From NCBI GenBank assembly GCA_963707655.1, contig OY970172.1, forward strand, positions 736,001 to 800,000: 64,000 nucleotides of DNA. Reading direction: 5' to 3'. The DNA comes from an uncultured bacterium. Its GTDB lineage: Bacteria; Babelota; Babeliae; Babelales; Vermiphilaceae. Below the pieces are notes generated by a model that saw only the letters and a program-made list of their open reading frames with translations, did no database searches and had not been told where the DNA came from. Made by a program: the position numbers and the translations under genes. Shown in pieces: positions 49,787 through 60,200 of this stretch. Within the stretch, counting starts at the first letter, position 1. Each line of letters starts with the position of its first letter.

Positions 49787-51790
49787 ATGATACGTATGAT
49801 AAAAATAGCGCTTGTGCTCGGGCTATATTCCTCTTTTTTGATCCATGGCGCTGAAATTCCCGCTCAAAATTGGGATGTATCAATACAATGTAGCGACGGA
49901 ACGGTTCACTTAACTCAACAGGAATGGGCTTCTCTCGTGAATGCATCTGAAACAATGAGAGATCTTGCAAATAATAGCCAGCAACCAGAAGACAATGCGG
50001 TGGTTCTAGACATGTCTACGATGAATAAAGAGAGACTGAAGCGTGTATTATCTCTTATACAAAATCAAACAGATATTAACAAAAAGCTGCAAACACTGAA
50101 TTTTGAAGAACAACTATACTTATTCGGAGATAGTGATTTTCTGAATATTCCCTCCATTCTTCATCCTTTAAACCCCATCATAATTGAAGGTTTATCTGCA
50201 GATAAGGGTAATTTTTTGAAAGAATTCTCCAAAAACAAACAGGATGCCGTGATACGCTTAAGCTCTTATGGCATCGATATGAGCAACACTGATATTGGCT
50301 ACGGCATGATTAAGCCCCGCCTCAATGATCTATGGGCTCCTTCGGTCATGCGTCTTACCGGCCATACAAATGACATAACGTCAGTAGCATGGAGTCCCGA
50401 TGGCACCAAGGCTGCCTCTGGATCATGGGATAACACTATACGCGTAAATGATTCTCGTACGGGAGCTTTGCTCCTAACGATCACCGGCCATACAGATGCG
50501 ATTACCTCAGTGGCATGGAGTCCTGATGGCACCAAGATTGCCTCTGGCTCACGCGATGAAACGGTATGCATCTGGAATGCTGCCACGGGCCAGCTGCTAA
50601 AAACGCTGCGGCCGCCTGCTGCATCTGTTATTACATCAGTAGCATGGAGCCCTGATAGCACCAAGATTGCCTCTGGCTCACGCGATGAAACGGTATGCAT
50701 CTGGGATGCCGCCACGGGCCAGCTGCTAAACGTGCTGAACGGCCATACAGACATTGTCACATCGGTAGCATGGAGTCCTGATGGGACCAAAATTGCTTCC
50801 GGTTCGCAGGACAAAACAGTACGCATCTGGCACGCTGACACGGGCCAGCCGCTAAACGTGCTCAACGGCCACACAGACATCGTCACATCAGTGGCGTGGA
50901 GCCCTAATGGCACCAAGATTGCCTCCGGTTCGTATGACAAAACAATACGTATCTGGGATGCTATCACACACCAGCAGTTAAACGTGCTCAGTGGTCATAC
51001 AGACATCGTCACATCAGTGGCGTGGAGTCCAGACAGCTCCAAGGTAGCCGGCTCACACGGCAAAACGATACGCATTTGGGACGTCATTACAAGCCAGCCA
51101 TTATATACGTTGGCCGACCTTAAAAAAATAAGTAATCCTACTCCTAATAACCGTCCTGCGCTTTCTCCTGTTGCGCGCGCGGCTCTTCCTAGACTTTTCG
51201 TGTTTGGTGGTACGTTTCTTTACGCCGTTGTTGGATATCTTGCCTTCTTGCGCCCTGGCACGGTTAAAAGGAGGCGTGAAATAAATGAAATGATCACCCT
51301 TAATAATACCTACAAACACAACACCAGCTTTGAACCAGGCCCTCTTCTATCAACAAATATGGCGCGTCTTGATGCAATCTATGCCATACTTCTCGCCCCA
51401 CTTGGTGTCCTCGCTGGCCTGGATAGCATACCTATACTCAAAAGTATCACTCAGAAACACCTTGCTCCCGAGCGCATTACTTCAGTGGCATGGAGCCCTG
51501 ATGGCGTCAAAATTCTGTCTGGTTCAACAAATAGGCTTGTTCGCATCTACGACGTAAAGCCACTTTTTTTTATTCGACACATTACCATGCTAGAAGCCTT
51601 TGAGCTGCTTACCACTTTTCAAGACAAGCCACTTGCGGTTGCGCAAGAGCTCTTTGATGCAATAATATTTAAGAAAATAGAGAAACAAGAAACATACAAG
51701 CTACCATTATCGAAAAAAGAGGTAATTCAATCGCTTGTGCGCACGCGCAACAACCCAAAAGCTTCTTCTTCGAATGCTACTCAACAATAG
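49787..51790 (+). CDS. Secreted Skp1/BTB-like + WD40-repeat protein
   Basis: IQCSDG...SETMRDL...DFLNIPSIL resembles Skp1/POZ; seven TSVAWSP WD40 repeats. Confidence 0.88.
   Translation: MIRMIKIALVLGLYSSFLIHGAEIPAQNWDVSIQCSDGTVHLTQQEWASLVNASETMRDLANNSQQPEDNAVVLDMSTMNKERLKRVLSLIQNQTDINKKLQTLNFEEQLYLFGDSDFLNIPSILHPLNPIIIEGLSADKGNFLKEFSKNKQDAVIRLSSYGIDMSNTDIGYGMIKPRLNDLWAPSVMRLTGHTNDITSVAWSPDGTKAASGSWDNTIRVNDSRTGALLLTITGHTDAITSVAWSPDGTKIASGSRDETVCIWNAATGQLLKTLRPPAASVITSVAWSPDSTKIASGSRDETVCIWDAATGQLLNVLNGHTDIVTSVAWSPDGTKIASGSQDKTVRIWHADTGQPLNVLNGHTDIVTSVAWSPNGTKIASGSYDKTIRIWDAITHQQLNVLSGHTDIVTSVAWSPDSSKVAGSHGKTIRIWDVITSQPLYTLADLKKISNPTPNNRPALSPVARAALPRLFVFGGTFLYAVVGYLAFLRPGTVKRRREINEMITLNNTYKHNTSFEPGPLLSTNMARLDAIYAILLAPLGVLAGLDSIPILKSITQKHLAPERITSVAWSPDGVKILSGSTNRLVRIYDVKPLFFIRHITMLEAFELLTTFQDKPLAVAQELFDAIIFKKIEKQETYKLPLSKKEVIQSLVRTRNNPKASSSNATQQ
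50353..51085 (+). repeat. Six near-identical WD40-coding repeats of about 126 bp
   Basis: Recurring TCAGT(A/G)GC(A/G)TGGAG(T/C)CC..ATGGCACCAAG units; boundaries approximate. Confidence 0.85.
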
Positions 51791-51922
51791 CCATTTTTTA
51801 TGTATTGTTTTAGTAGAATTTTTTTTGTAACGGGCTTCATAATCTTTTTATTGTAATTCCCCCAGTTTTTATTATAATCTCCGATAGTGCCTTTTGGTCA
51901 ATAAACTCACGCGATAAAAAAG

Positions 51923-52780
51923 ATGTTTGTAATGAAGAAGTTAGGGATAGTATTAATAATATTTTTTATGCTGTTGCCAGGATGCGCGCATATCAAAAGA
52001 ACAAAAATCGCGCAGCAAGACGCCCCCTTAAAACAACAAAAAAATAGTGTGCCCACCGTACAACAAAACAGCGAAAAAAAACCTATTCTTGTCTCATTTG
52101 CTCCGGCAATGTTGTACAAAAAAGATACGGACAGCAGCAGTGCACAGCTAAAAAACATGCAAGAAATCCTTGATTTGCTTCCTTCTTTAAAAGCAAGTAG
52201 CTACCTGTCACTTGCCTATCATGTATTGCTTCAAGAAACATCTCCCCTTAAAGATAAAATCACCCTGTACCATGCATTAAAAAAATTATCTCATGACCAA
52301 TCAACCAATGATGTATTACAGTTTTTTATTCACGTATTATCTGAAAATGAAGCCTATCTGACCGAACATCCTTTACGTGATTTACACACTTCTTTGGTAA
52401 ATGCCTCTTCTCTTGAGTCATCTGATTTTTTTAAAGAGCATCCTGAGATTAGTGATGTAGTCTGGCCACTTGAGGAATTATACAAAACGGGAAATAACCT
52501 GCTGCAGGAGGCGGTACGCCTTAACAATTATGCAGCGGTGCACTATTTGCTTAAAAAAGGAGCGCTGCCGCGCCACCTTGATGATCCGCGTGGAGCGGTG
52601 CTTGCTTTGGAATGGGCAGATAAATATAGATATCAGAATATTGCCCAAGAGCTTTCATTAACGCTTAATCAAATCAGCGGCGAGCATATTACGATCCTTG
52701 ACGAACTGTTATATAAAGATCCCCATGCTGCACAATTAGTGCGTAAATACGGGGGCAAAAGAGCAATTGAGCTTATTTAG
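51923..52780 (+). CDS. Putative lipoprotein with degenerate ankyrin repeats
   Basis: Lipobox-like LLPGC; GNNLLQEAV...AVHYLLKKGA. Confidence 0.7.
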   Translation: MFVMKKLGIVLIIFFMLLPGCAHIKRTKIAQQDAPLKQQKNSVPTVQQNSEKKPILVSFAPAMLYKKDTDSSSAQLKNMQEILDLLPSLKASSYLSLAYHVLLQETSPLKDKITLYHALKKLSHDQSTNDVLQFFIHVLSENEAYLTEHPLRDLHTSLVNASSLESSDFFKEHPEISDVVWPLEELYKTGNNLLQEAVRLNNYAAVHYLLKKGALPRHLDDPRGAVLALEWADKYRYQNIAQELSLTLNQISGEHITILDELLYKDPHAAQLVRKYGGKRAIELI

Positions 52781-52832
52781 AACTTGTCACAAGAATGTAA
52801 GGGGTTTGATCCCTTGATCACCAATGATCAAT

Positions 52833-53297
52833 CTAGCGGGTAGATCGCTTTTGCAACACGTCATCCTCTTGAGAACCATTGTGTCGATCGATATGTATAA
52901 AGAAATCATCGGTAGCGCCTCGTTCCGTGGCGGTACGGCGAGGCTCGCTATAACCGTTGCCCTCATCTAGTCCCAGGACGAATTCACCATCACGGTTTTC
53001 ACGCACCCTTACCTTATGACGCTCAAGAAAAGAACCCATTGTTCCCTGCTTGTGCGCAGCTCGCAAACGCTTGTCAACATTACAATCTGACACAGAGTGT
53101 ATTTTACCGTCCATCAAGACAAAAAATGATTTTCGATTATAGCCCACCTCTATATTTTTAACAGAACTGGCTGCATTGATTGTTTTTTGCGATTGGATAA
53201 AGCTGACATCCATTTGCGCCTCATGATTATTGTTTTCTGCCGCGCATAATATGAGGGGGAAGGTGAAGAATAATTTTTTAAACATAAACTCTTTCAT
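52833..53297 (-). CDS. Secreted hypothetical protein
   Basis: Short signal-like N-terminus LCA|AE; beta-rich body. Confidence 0.65.
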   Translation of the reverse strand: MKEFMFKKLFFTFPLILCAAENNNHEAQMDVSFIQSQKTINAASSVKNIEVGYNRKSFFVLMDGKIHSVSDCNVDKRLRAAHKQGTMGSFLERHKVRVRENRDGEFVLGLDEGNGYSEPRRTATERGATDDFFIHIDRHNGSQEDDVLQKRSTR

Positions 53298-53551
53298 TGA
53301 GATGCACTTTCCATGCGCATCACCTTTTAAAAACTTTACTTATTGTCAAATATATATTTCTATCTTATATAAATTAATTCACCCCTGTCAACAACAAAGG
53401 CCCTGGTGATCTGGAAACACCGCATACGCCGCTTTCGAATCACCGTAATTTTCCGATACGCTCTTCATAAGTGCCTATGCGTAAATTGACGAGCAATACC
53501 AAATGATTTATTCTTCTCCTCGATTAATAAATATATTGTAAGGAGATTTGC

Positions 53552-54913
53552 ATGAAGAGTTTATATTCTGTTGTACTGTTTTTTAGTCTCATCAATAACA
53601 ACTACGCTCACTCAACATATGACGGCTTGATAGAAAATCTTCATGCTGCCTGCGTTGACACCGTTGATTTCTTATTCACCGACATTCTTGGCTCGTTGCG
53701 CTGTGTAACCGTTCCCCTCCTCGCTGCTGCTGACGCTTTTAAGAACGGTATGGAATTTGATGGCTCATCTATTCCCGGCTATGTATCAATCTATGAAAGC
53801 GATATGCATCTCAAGCCCGATATGAACACATTGCAGATCGTAGACAATAAAGCACATGTCATATGCGATATTTATTGCTCCGCTTGCGATCCTTATGAGG
53901 GGGATCCGCGTTACTTATTGAAAAAACAATTAGAGCGCGCGAAAACATTAGGATATGAATTTTATGTAGGTCCAGAATTAGAATTCTTTTTATTAGATAA
54001 TCAAAACAACGATCCTGTTGATGCAAGCTGTTATTTTGATGCAAGCGACACAACTTCTCTTGACTATCAAAAACGCACATTGATAAATGCATTGGTACGA
54101 AACGAGATTGGTGTTGAAAAATGGCATCACGAAGTCGCCAAAGGCCAACACGAAACAAGCCTTCACTATGCTGACGCATTGGTTATGGCTGACCAAATTG
54201 TGCGCGCAAAACAAGTACTAAAAATGCAAGCGTATGAATTGGGCCTTCGCGCATTGTTCATGCCAAAGCCCTTTTTCGGCATGAACGGCAGTGGCATGCA
54301 TATTCATTTTAGTTTGTATGATAGCGCTTTATGCAAAAACGCTTTTTACGAAAAAGATAACCCACTCTATTTATCAGACACCGCGCACCATTTTATTGCC
54401 GGTGTTTTAAAATATGTGCCCGCAATGAGCGCGATTTGCAATCCTACCGTTAATTCATACAAAAGATTGGTTGCCGGTTATGAGGCGCCGGTCTATGTTT
54501 GTTGGGCGTCAAAAAATAGAAGTGCCTTAGTCAGAATTCCACAAATTGATGCAACGCAAGCATCTGCTGCTCGTGCTGAATTACGTTCGCCCGATGCCAT
54601 GAGCAATCCGTATGCGTTGTTTGCTTTGCTGTTGGCCGCAGGCTTGCAGGGCATAGAAGATGAGCTGGAATTGGCTCCTCCCGTAGAACAAAATTTGTAC
54701 AAACTTTCTTTAGAACAAATAAAAACGAGCGGCATCACTATGTTGCCCGAATCGTTGCAAGATGCGCTGATATGCTTGAGCCAAAATGATTTTGTTAAGC
54801 GCGCATTGAGCGATCGTTTTGTCCAAGAGTTTGTATACATAAAGCAAAAAGAAGTTGAGCAATTTAATCGTACAGTTACTAATTGGGAATGGAAGCAATA
54901 TGCGTCAAAATGA
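53552..54913 (+). CDS. glnA: Glutamine synthetase type I with an apparent N-terminal signal peptide
   Basis: FTDILG, FDGSSI, GPELEFF, HHEVA.GQHE, FMPKP..GSGMHIHFS, NSYKRLV.GYEAP, NRSALVRIP, ELRSPD. Confidence 0.92.
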   Translation: MKSLYSVVLFFSLINNNYAHSTYDGLIENLHAACVDTVDFLFTDILGSLRCVTVPLLAAADAFKNGMEFDGSSIPGYVSIYESDMHLKPDMNTLQIVDNKAHVICDIYCSACDPYEGDPRYLLKKQLERAKTLGYEFYVGPELEFFLLDNQNNDPVDASCYFDASDTTSLDYQKRTLINALVRNEIGVEKWHHEVAKGQHETSLHYADALVMADQIVRAKQVLKMQAYELGLRALFMPKPFFGMNGSGMHIHFSLYDSALCKNAFYEKDNPLYLSDTAHHFIAGVLKYVPAMSAICNPTVNSYKRLVAGYEAPVYVCWASKNRSALVRIPQIDATQASAARAELRSPDAMSNPYALFALLLAAGLQGIEDELELAPPVEQNLYKLSLEQIKTSGITMLPESLQDALICLSQNDFVKRALSDRFVQEFVYIKQKEVEQFNRTVTNWEWKQYASK

Positions 54914-54964
54914 CTGTATGATCATTGTTTCCGCGATGTTTCGTATTGACTGAATATCAAGATC

Positions 54965-54993
54965 TTGACATGTATATAATAGGTTGTTACGAT
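54965..54993 (+). promoter_or_regulatory. Sigma70-type promoter
   Basis: TTGACA, 17-nt spacer, TACGAT with an extended -10 TG. Confidence 0.65.
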
Positions 54994-54999
54994 CATCCT

Positions 55000-55104
55000 C
55001 ATAAATAGTTTTTGCTATTAACAATGTCCCTAAATGAACAATACATCTTTGTATTGTTCACCCCCCTAACCCTTCAGCTTTCATAGTTGGAGGGATTTTT
55101 ATTT
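55000..55104 (+). ncRNA. Candidate small RNA of about 100 nt
   Basis: Lies after the promoter; 11-bp perfect hairpin, CCCCCC linker, GU-containing terminator hairpin, T-tract; no ORF in the track. Confidence 0.5.
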
Positions 55105-55668
55105 CTGGCTGATTGCAGTAATCATCTCTAGATGGCAACTCATTTTATAGTGGTCATGAGTATGAGATTGCAGCGTGAAGTTGTTGCACAGCAACATTGG
55201 CCTGCCACGCAAAGCTTGAAGATAATTTTGAATTTTATTCGCATCTCCCTCTGCTTGCAGAACAAGAGCATCGACTTGATACCAAGTATATTTTTTTGAA
55301 ATTTTATTGTGTGTGCATGACGTAACAACGAGCCCTGCTTTTTGTGCATCTTGCATAATCATTAGCAGAACATTTTTTATGCTCTGCGCAGCATAAGCAG
55401 CATACTCTGTTTGCAATAACGCGAGCGCCTGCTCCGTAGAGGTCGTTAAGTGGTGAATATGCTTAATCTCTTTTATTCTGTTTTGGCAATGCACCATTTC
55501 AGCTTCGTACCTTTGTTGCTGCTGTGTAATCGGTTTATGCAGCAGTAAATACCAACTCATTATGCATGCACTTATTATTGTTAGGCTCAGTAGATAACGT
55601 GTGGCGCGAGAGAGTCCCGCTATGGCACCATAATAACGATTGCCACGAGGAATAAAATATGACATCAA
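55099..55668 (-). CDS. PilO/GspM-like inner-membrane platform protein
   Basis: N-terminal TM (WYLLLHKP), coiled coil, ferredoxin-like C-terminus (LQAEGD...IQNYLQAL). Confidence 0.55.
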   Translation of the reverse strand: MMSYFIPRGNRYYGAIAGLSRATRYLLSLTIISACIMSWYLLLHKPITQQQQRYEAEMVHCQNRIKEIKHIHHLTTSTEQALALLQTEYAAYAAQSIKNVLLMIMQDAQKAGLVVTSCTHNKISKKYTWYQVDALVLQAEGDANKIQNYLQALRGRPMLLCNNFTLQSHTHDHYKMSCHLEMITAISQK

Positions 55669-55708
55669 GCTACTCTTCCTTTTTTATGAAGGCTTGTTCA
55701 AACTAAAA

Positions 55709-56914
55709 TTAAAATGTTGATTTTGTCCACTGCATTGGATCAACGGCAGTGTTGTTCACGCGCAATTCCCAATGAAGATGATAGCCCGTTGCATAGCCGG
55801 TTTTTCCTAATGTACCGATAGGGTTCCCTTTGCTCACCTTTTGGCCAACAGTAATATTGGCAAAATCTTCGAGATGATAGAAGAGCGAAAGCACGCCGCA
55901 GCCATGATCAATAACTACCGTGTTTCCGCTAAATGCGTAACGGTCCTTAACCACAACAACCCCGTCTTGCGTTGCCCAAATAACGCTCTTTGGAGCATTA
56001 ATGACATCAAGAGCTTTGTGCATGTAGCGGCCGCGCTCTTGAGTGGTGCGTATGGTGCCAAAATCGCACGTAATTTTTGCTATATCAATCGGCGTGCAAA
56101 AAGTGCCGCGCCACAATTTTTCTTGTGGGGATTGCAACGCCAATTTTTGCAAGTTTTCTTCTAGATCCGCCATGGCAAGATCGATCTGCTTTTCTTTTTG
56201 TACTGTTTCTGCACTCACTTGCAAATTCTGCTTTTTGAAAGGGTACATAATGATTTGGAATTTATTTTCCAAGTTCAAGACGTTCCCAACATGATCGGCA
56301 ACTTCTATTGAAAAGAGATATTCATTAGGAGTCTCTTCACAAGGAATCGGGATAAAACACTCATAAATAGGTGATTTGGAAGACTCTTTTACGCAGTGAT
56401 AGCCGGTTGCCAAGGCATTTATTTTTGCTGCTTTAATTTCTTTATTTACTTGAAACTGAATGTGTAATGTTCTTCCCTGGAATACCTTATAATCGGCATC
56501 GGGCCTTACAAGAGCTGCTTGCAGCGGCATGTTATCAACTATAAAATTATACTGCACTGAATTCTTATTCTTGTGAAACGTTGAATCAGTCAATTCAACA
56601 GTAAGATTATGGGCACCATTTGCGATTGTTTTGGTAGGAATGGTGAACGGATAATTTTGTTGTTTACTGCCAAGGCGATAGTTGCTGCTCAGCGGCTGGC
56701 CATCGAGCAAAACGCACAGATCACCTGCTTTACTGCTCGCTATTTGACAGACAAGATCTCCCGAATAAAAACAACCCTCTTGTATACCTTGAACAGCAAT
56801 AACCGGAAGCGCTCTATCAAAACAATAGATATATATTCCCCAGCCCAGCCAACCAGTCAGAATAGTTCCTGCAACTATTCCCGCATATTTAATTTTGAAT
56901 TCCACTGAAAACAA
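55709..56914 (-). CDS. M23-family metallopeptidase
   Basis: HKALD, GNTVVIDHG, YHL, GKTGYATGYHLHWE, VDP; N-terminal TM. Confidence 0.9.
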   Translation of the reverse strand: MFSVEFKIKYAGIVAGTILTGWLGWGIYIYCFDRALPVIAVQGIQEGCFYSGDLVCQIASSKAGDLCVLLDGQPLSSNYRLGSKQQNYPFTIPTKTIANGAHNLTVELTDSTFHKNKNSVQYNFIVDNMPLQAALVRPDADYKVFQGRTLHIQFQVNKEIKAAKINALATGYHCVKESSKSPIYECFIPIPCEETPNEYLFSIEVADHVGNVLNLENKFQIIMYPFKKQNLQVSAETVQKEKQIDLAMADLEENLQKLALQSPQEKLWRGTFCTPIDIAKITCDFGTIRTTQERGRYMHKALDVINAPKSVIWATQDGVVVVKDRYAFSGNTVVIDHGCGVLSLFYHLEDFANITVGQKVSKGNPIGTLGKTGYATGYHLHWELRVNNTAVDPMQWTKSTF

Positions 56915-57226
56915 CCTCTTTTTTATAGTGCATTGAAAACAACTTTTTGACCGTGTCTTAATATAAATCTTTTTGTGCTACTTTACCAGAAAAAACCCAA
57001 GATTTTGCAGCTGTCGAATGATATGTTTGATGCCACCATACCGCATCGAGTTATTTATGTAATGATATCGCCGGAAACGTTATTAGAAATAGCCTTTTGC
57101 TTCACACGCTTTTATTGAATTATAATTTCAAATATAAACATGTGTTGACAGTGGTTGCTGTTTTTGTGGTAAAATTGCATTAATAAAGATAATTTCTCTA
57201 TGCTCATGGTAAAATAAGGAAATTTC

Positions 57227-60200
57227 ATGAATTTTAAAACAATTTTATATACATTCATGTTAATGTTGACCCCTGCACTTCTCCATGGAATGGCACAACC
57301 GCCACAACCGGTTCAGTCTATTGCCAATGATGCCAAAGCACGAGTAACCGAGGCCATACAAAAAAACGATTTTGCGGCAGCACAAAAAGTCATCAATGAA
57401 TTACAGATCACACACCAGAGCGTCAGGGCTCCAGGGCCAGCATCTGTCCTGGCAGACATGGTAAAACAGTTGCAAGTAATTTTGCAGCAAGCAATGGCGA
57501 ATTATCAACAACTGAATCAGCCGATAGCTCCCGCGCCACAACCGGCATTAGTTCTGCCTGCACCTAAATTTAATCCCCAAGCTGGGATGCTCCCAAAACC
57601 TCAACCCGCGCCGAGCACGCCAGCGCCAATGGCCTATCCGCAAGCGGGGATACTCCCAACGCCTCAGCCAATGCCAGGAGTTATACCTGCACCTAAATTT
57701 AATCCCCAAGCTGGAATGCTCCCAAAACCTCAAGCCGCACCGAGCGCGCCAGCGCCAGTGGTCTATCCGCAAGCTGGACGACTACCGGCATATCAACCGG
57801 TTCCAGTGAGCTATTCGCAGCAACCAGCGCAATCACCAACAGCTCAGCTCATGCCAGGAGTTGTACCTGGACGCCTACCGATACTTCAACCAGCGTCACC
57901 AAATACCCCGGCAACACCGCAAATAATGCCTGGACAACAACTCCAAGGACAACCAACGCCAGTAGGCTACCCGCAAGCTGGTCGACTGCCTACACCAGCA
58001 GCCCCGGTGGTAAATCCGCCCCAACAAGCTCCATCGTTGCGGGGGCAGCCCGTTGTCCCGGCACATGTACTTGCAACAATGGCAAAGAACAAACCGGCAC
58101 TCTATCCTGCAATGGCATATCTAGGGCAATACATGCAATCACCAGCACCAAGCGCACCAGCAAACATTGCGGCTGGACAGCTGCAAGTACCGGCTGCAAA
58201 TGAAATCCCCACGAGCATAGAAAATTTATCAGAGATGGAGGCGAAAACCGCGATAATCAAAGCTCTTCTTCATGGTATAGAACAAGGAATACGGGCCGGG
58301 AATACCTTCAATGCCATTGCTGCAAAAAATTGCTGGCTCCAGCATGTAATGCAGGAATGGGGTGCCGGTGCCGCCTATCAAAAATATGTTGAAGATACAA
58401 TTATCAAAGGGGTCAAGAGCCGCTATGGGTCGCTGGACACAAGCAATCAGAACACCGTAAATGCGTTCATCAGAGCCAGCGCGAGCGACCCACTTTTTGC
58501 AGCGGCTTATATATTTACTTTAGACAAAGCGGCTTTCCCTACCGTTGCAAACACTATCAAGTCTTATCAAGTCTTTAATCCATTGCAGAATCAGATAGAT
58601 CAATTCATTAAAGATCAAGAGTATGAAAAAGCCATTAGTTATGCTTACCTTTTTAAGGATTTGAGTTCAATATACCGTGAAAATCGAAGTCCTCAGCAAA
58701 ACACCGCAGGAAATCCTTTTTTGCTTGATACATTAACAATGGCCCCAGATACGTTTAAGAATATCGATGAGCAATTAAAAGGGTTATTGAGGGTCAATGA
58801 CAATACAAAAATCAGAGAGATGATTAATAATTTGTATGCAGAAAAAAAATACATCACTGCCAGTTATGTGTGGATGATTTCATCAGCATACAATGTCGTT
58901 TACTCTCAAATCCCAGCAGCAACAAGTGCAAATCAGCCCGCCGCCAGCGAGATAACGGATAGCGCTCCGTTCAATATTGCCTTTGATCAGTGGTACAGCA
59001 GCTGTAACGCGGCGCTACAAAATTCTGCGGTTAAACCATTATCTTTTGATGCATTTAAGCAGGCCATGAATATATTCATAAATAAGACCAAAGCACGATT
59101 TGCCAATGCAAATAAATGGTTCAACACCGATAACTTGAATACCAATATTCCCGAAGGAAACATACCTTATGTTGAACGCGTGCATATTCCCAAAGGCTCT
59201 ATTGTTGGGTTCCATGCTGATATTCATGGCAACGTGCAGGCATTAAACAGTTATTTGAGAGCGCTTGCAGATAAAGGTTATCTAGATAAGCAGAACCAAT
59301 TTAAAATAGCTGATCCTAATTTTTACCTCATATTTTTAGGGGACTATGTTGATCGCGGCATTTTTGGCGTAGAGGTTTTATACACTCTCATGCGCTTAAA
59401 ACTCACCAATCCCGATCGTGTATTCTTGGCACGCGGGAACCATGAAGACGCAGACTTCCAAAACGTGCTGCCTAATGGCCTACTTACCAGAGAAGTGGCT
59501 ACCAAATTTGGCGTTCAGATTGAGAATGAGCTTGCCAAACTCCTTCCATCGCTCTATAACTGCCTGCCTGTTGCACTATACACACAAGTGGGCAATGCAG
59601 CTAAAAAAGAATATATTTTGTGTTGCCATGGTGGTTGGGATGTAGGTTATGATCCAGTGCCGTTTTTAACAGCAAATAAAACCTACCATGCTTTTGATAC
59701 GCTACATTACAAAGACATACTTGATCAATTACCCGGTGACATTCGCACCACACTTCAATCGTTTGCCAACAGGTATCCGCGAGGCGCGGGGAAATACACG
59801 CAAAATCCTAAAATAACAGATATAACTAGTTTAGACTTTTTGTGGAACGATTTTTATTATGAGGATGAAACAACAGTTGCTGAATTCATGGACGGGAGAG
59901 GCTTGCAAATGGGCCAACCGCTCATACAAGCGCTTCGTAGCCTGACGGCACACAATGGTATTAATATTCAGGCTATTTTTAGAGCGCATCAGCATTCCGG
60001 CCTCAGCAGAGCCCCAATGTGGATGCGCGCAATGGTCGATAATAAAGTTACTAAATTGTGGCCACTTGCAAGATCTGCGGACCCTGCCCTATGGCTCGGC
60101 ATGGTTATTACCTTTTTAGTTTCACCTAATGAAGGATACCCAAATACCTTTGATTCCTGGGGAGAATTGCACGTGGGAGACGATTTTGTCTCATCAAGCA

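Noticed and set aside
50299..50967. 222-aa minus-strand repetitive ORF
   Set aside because: Antisense shadow of the WD40 repeats.
50353..51085. Regularly spaced DNA repeats as a possible CRISPR array
   Set aside because: The 126-bp in-frame coding period has no unique spacers, and there are no cas genes; these are WD40 repeats.
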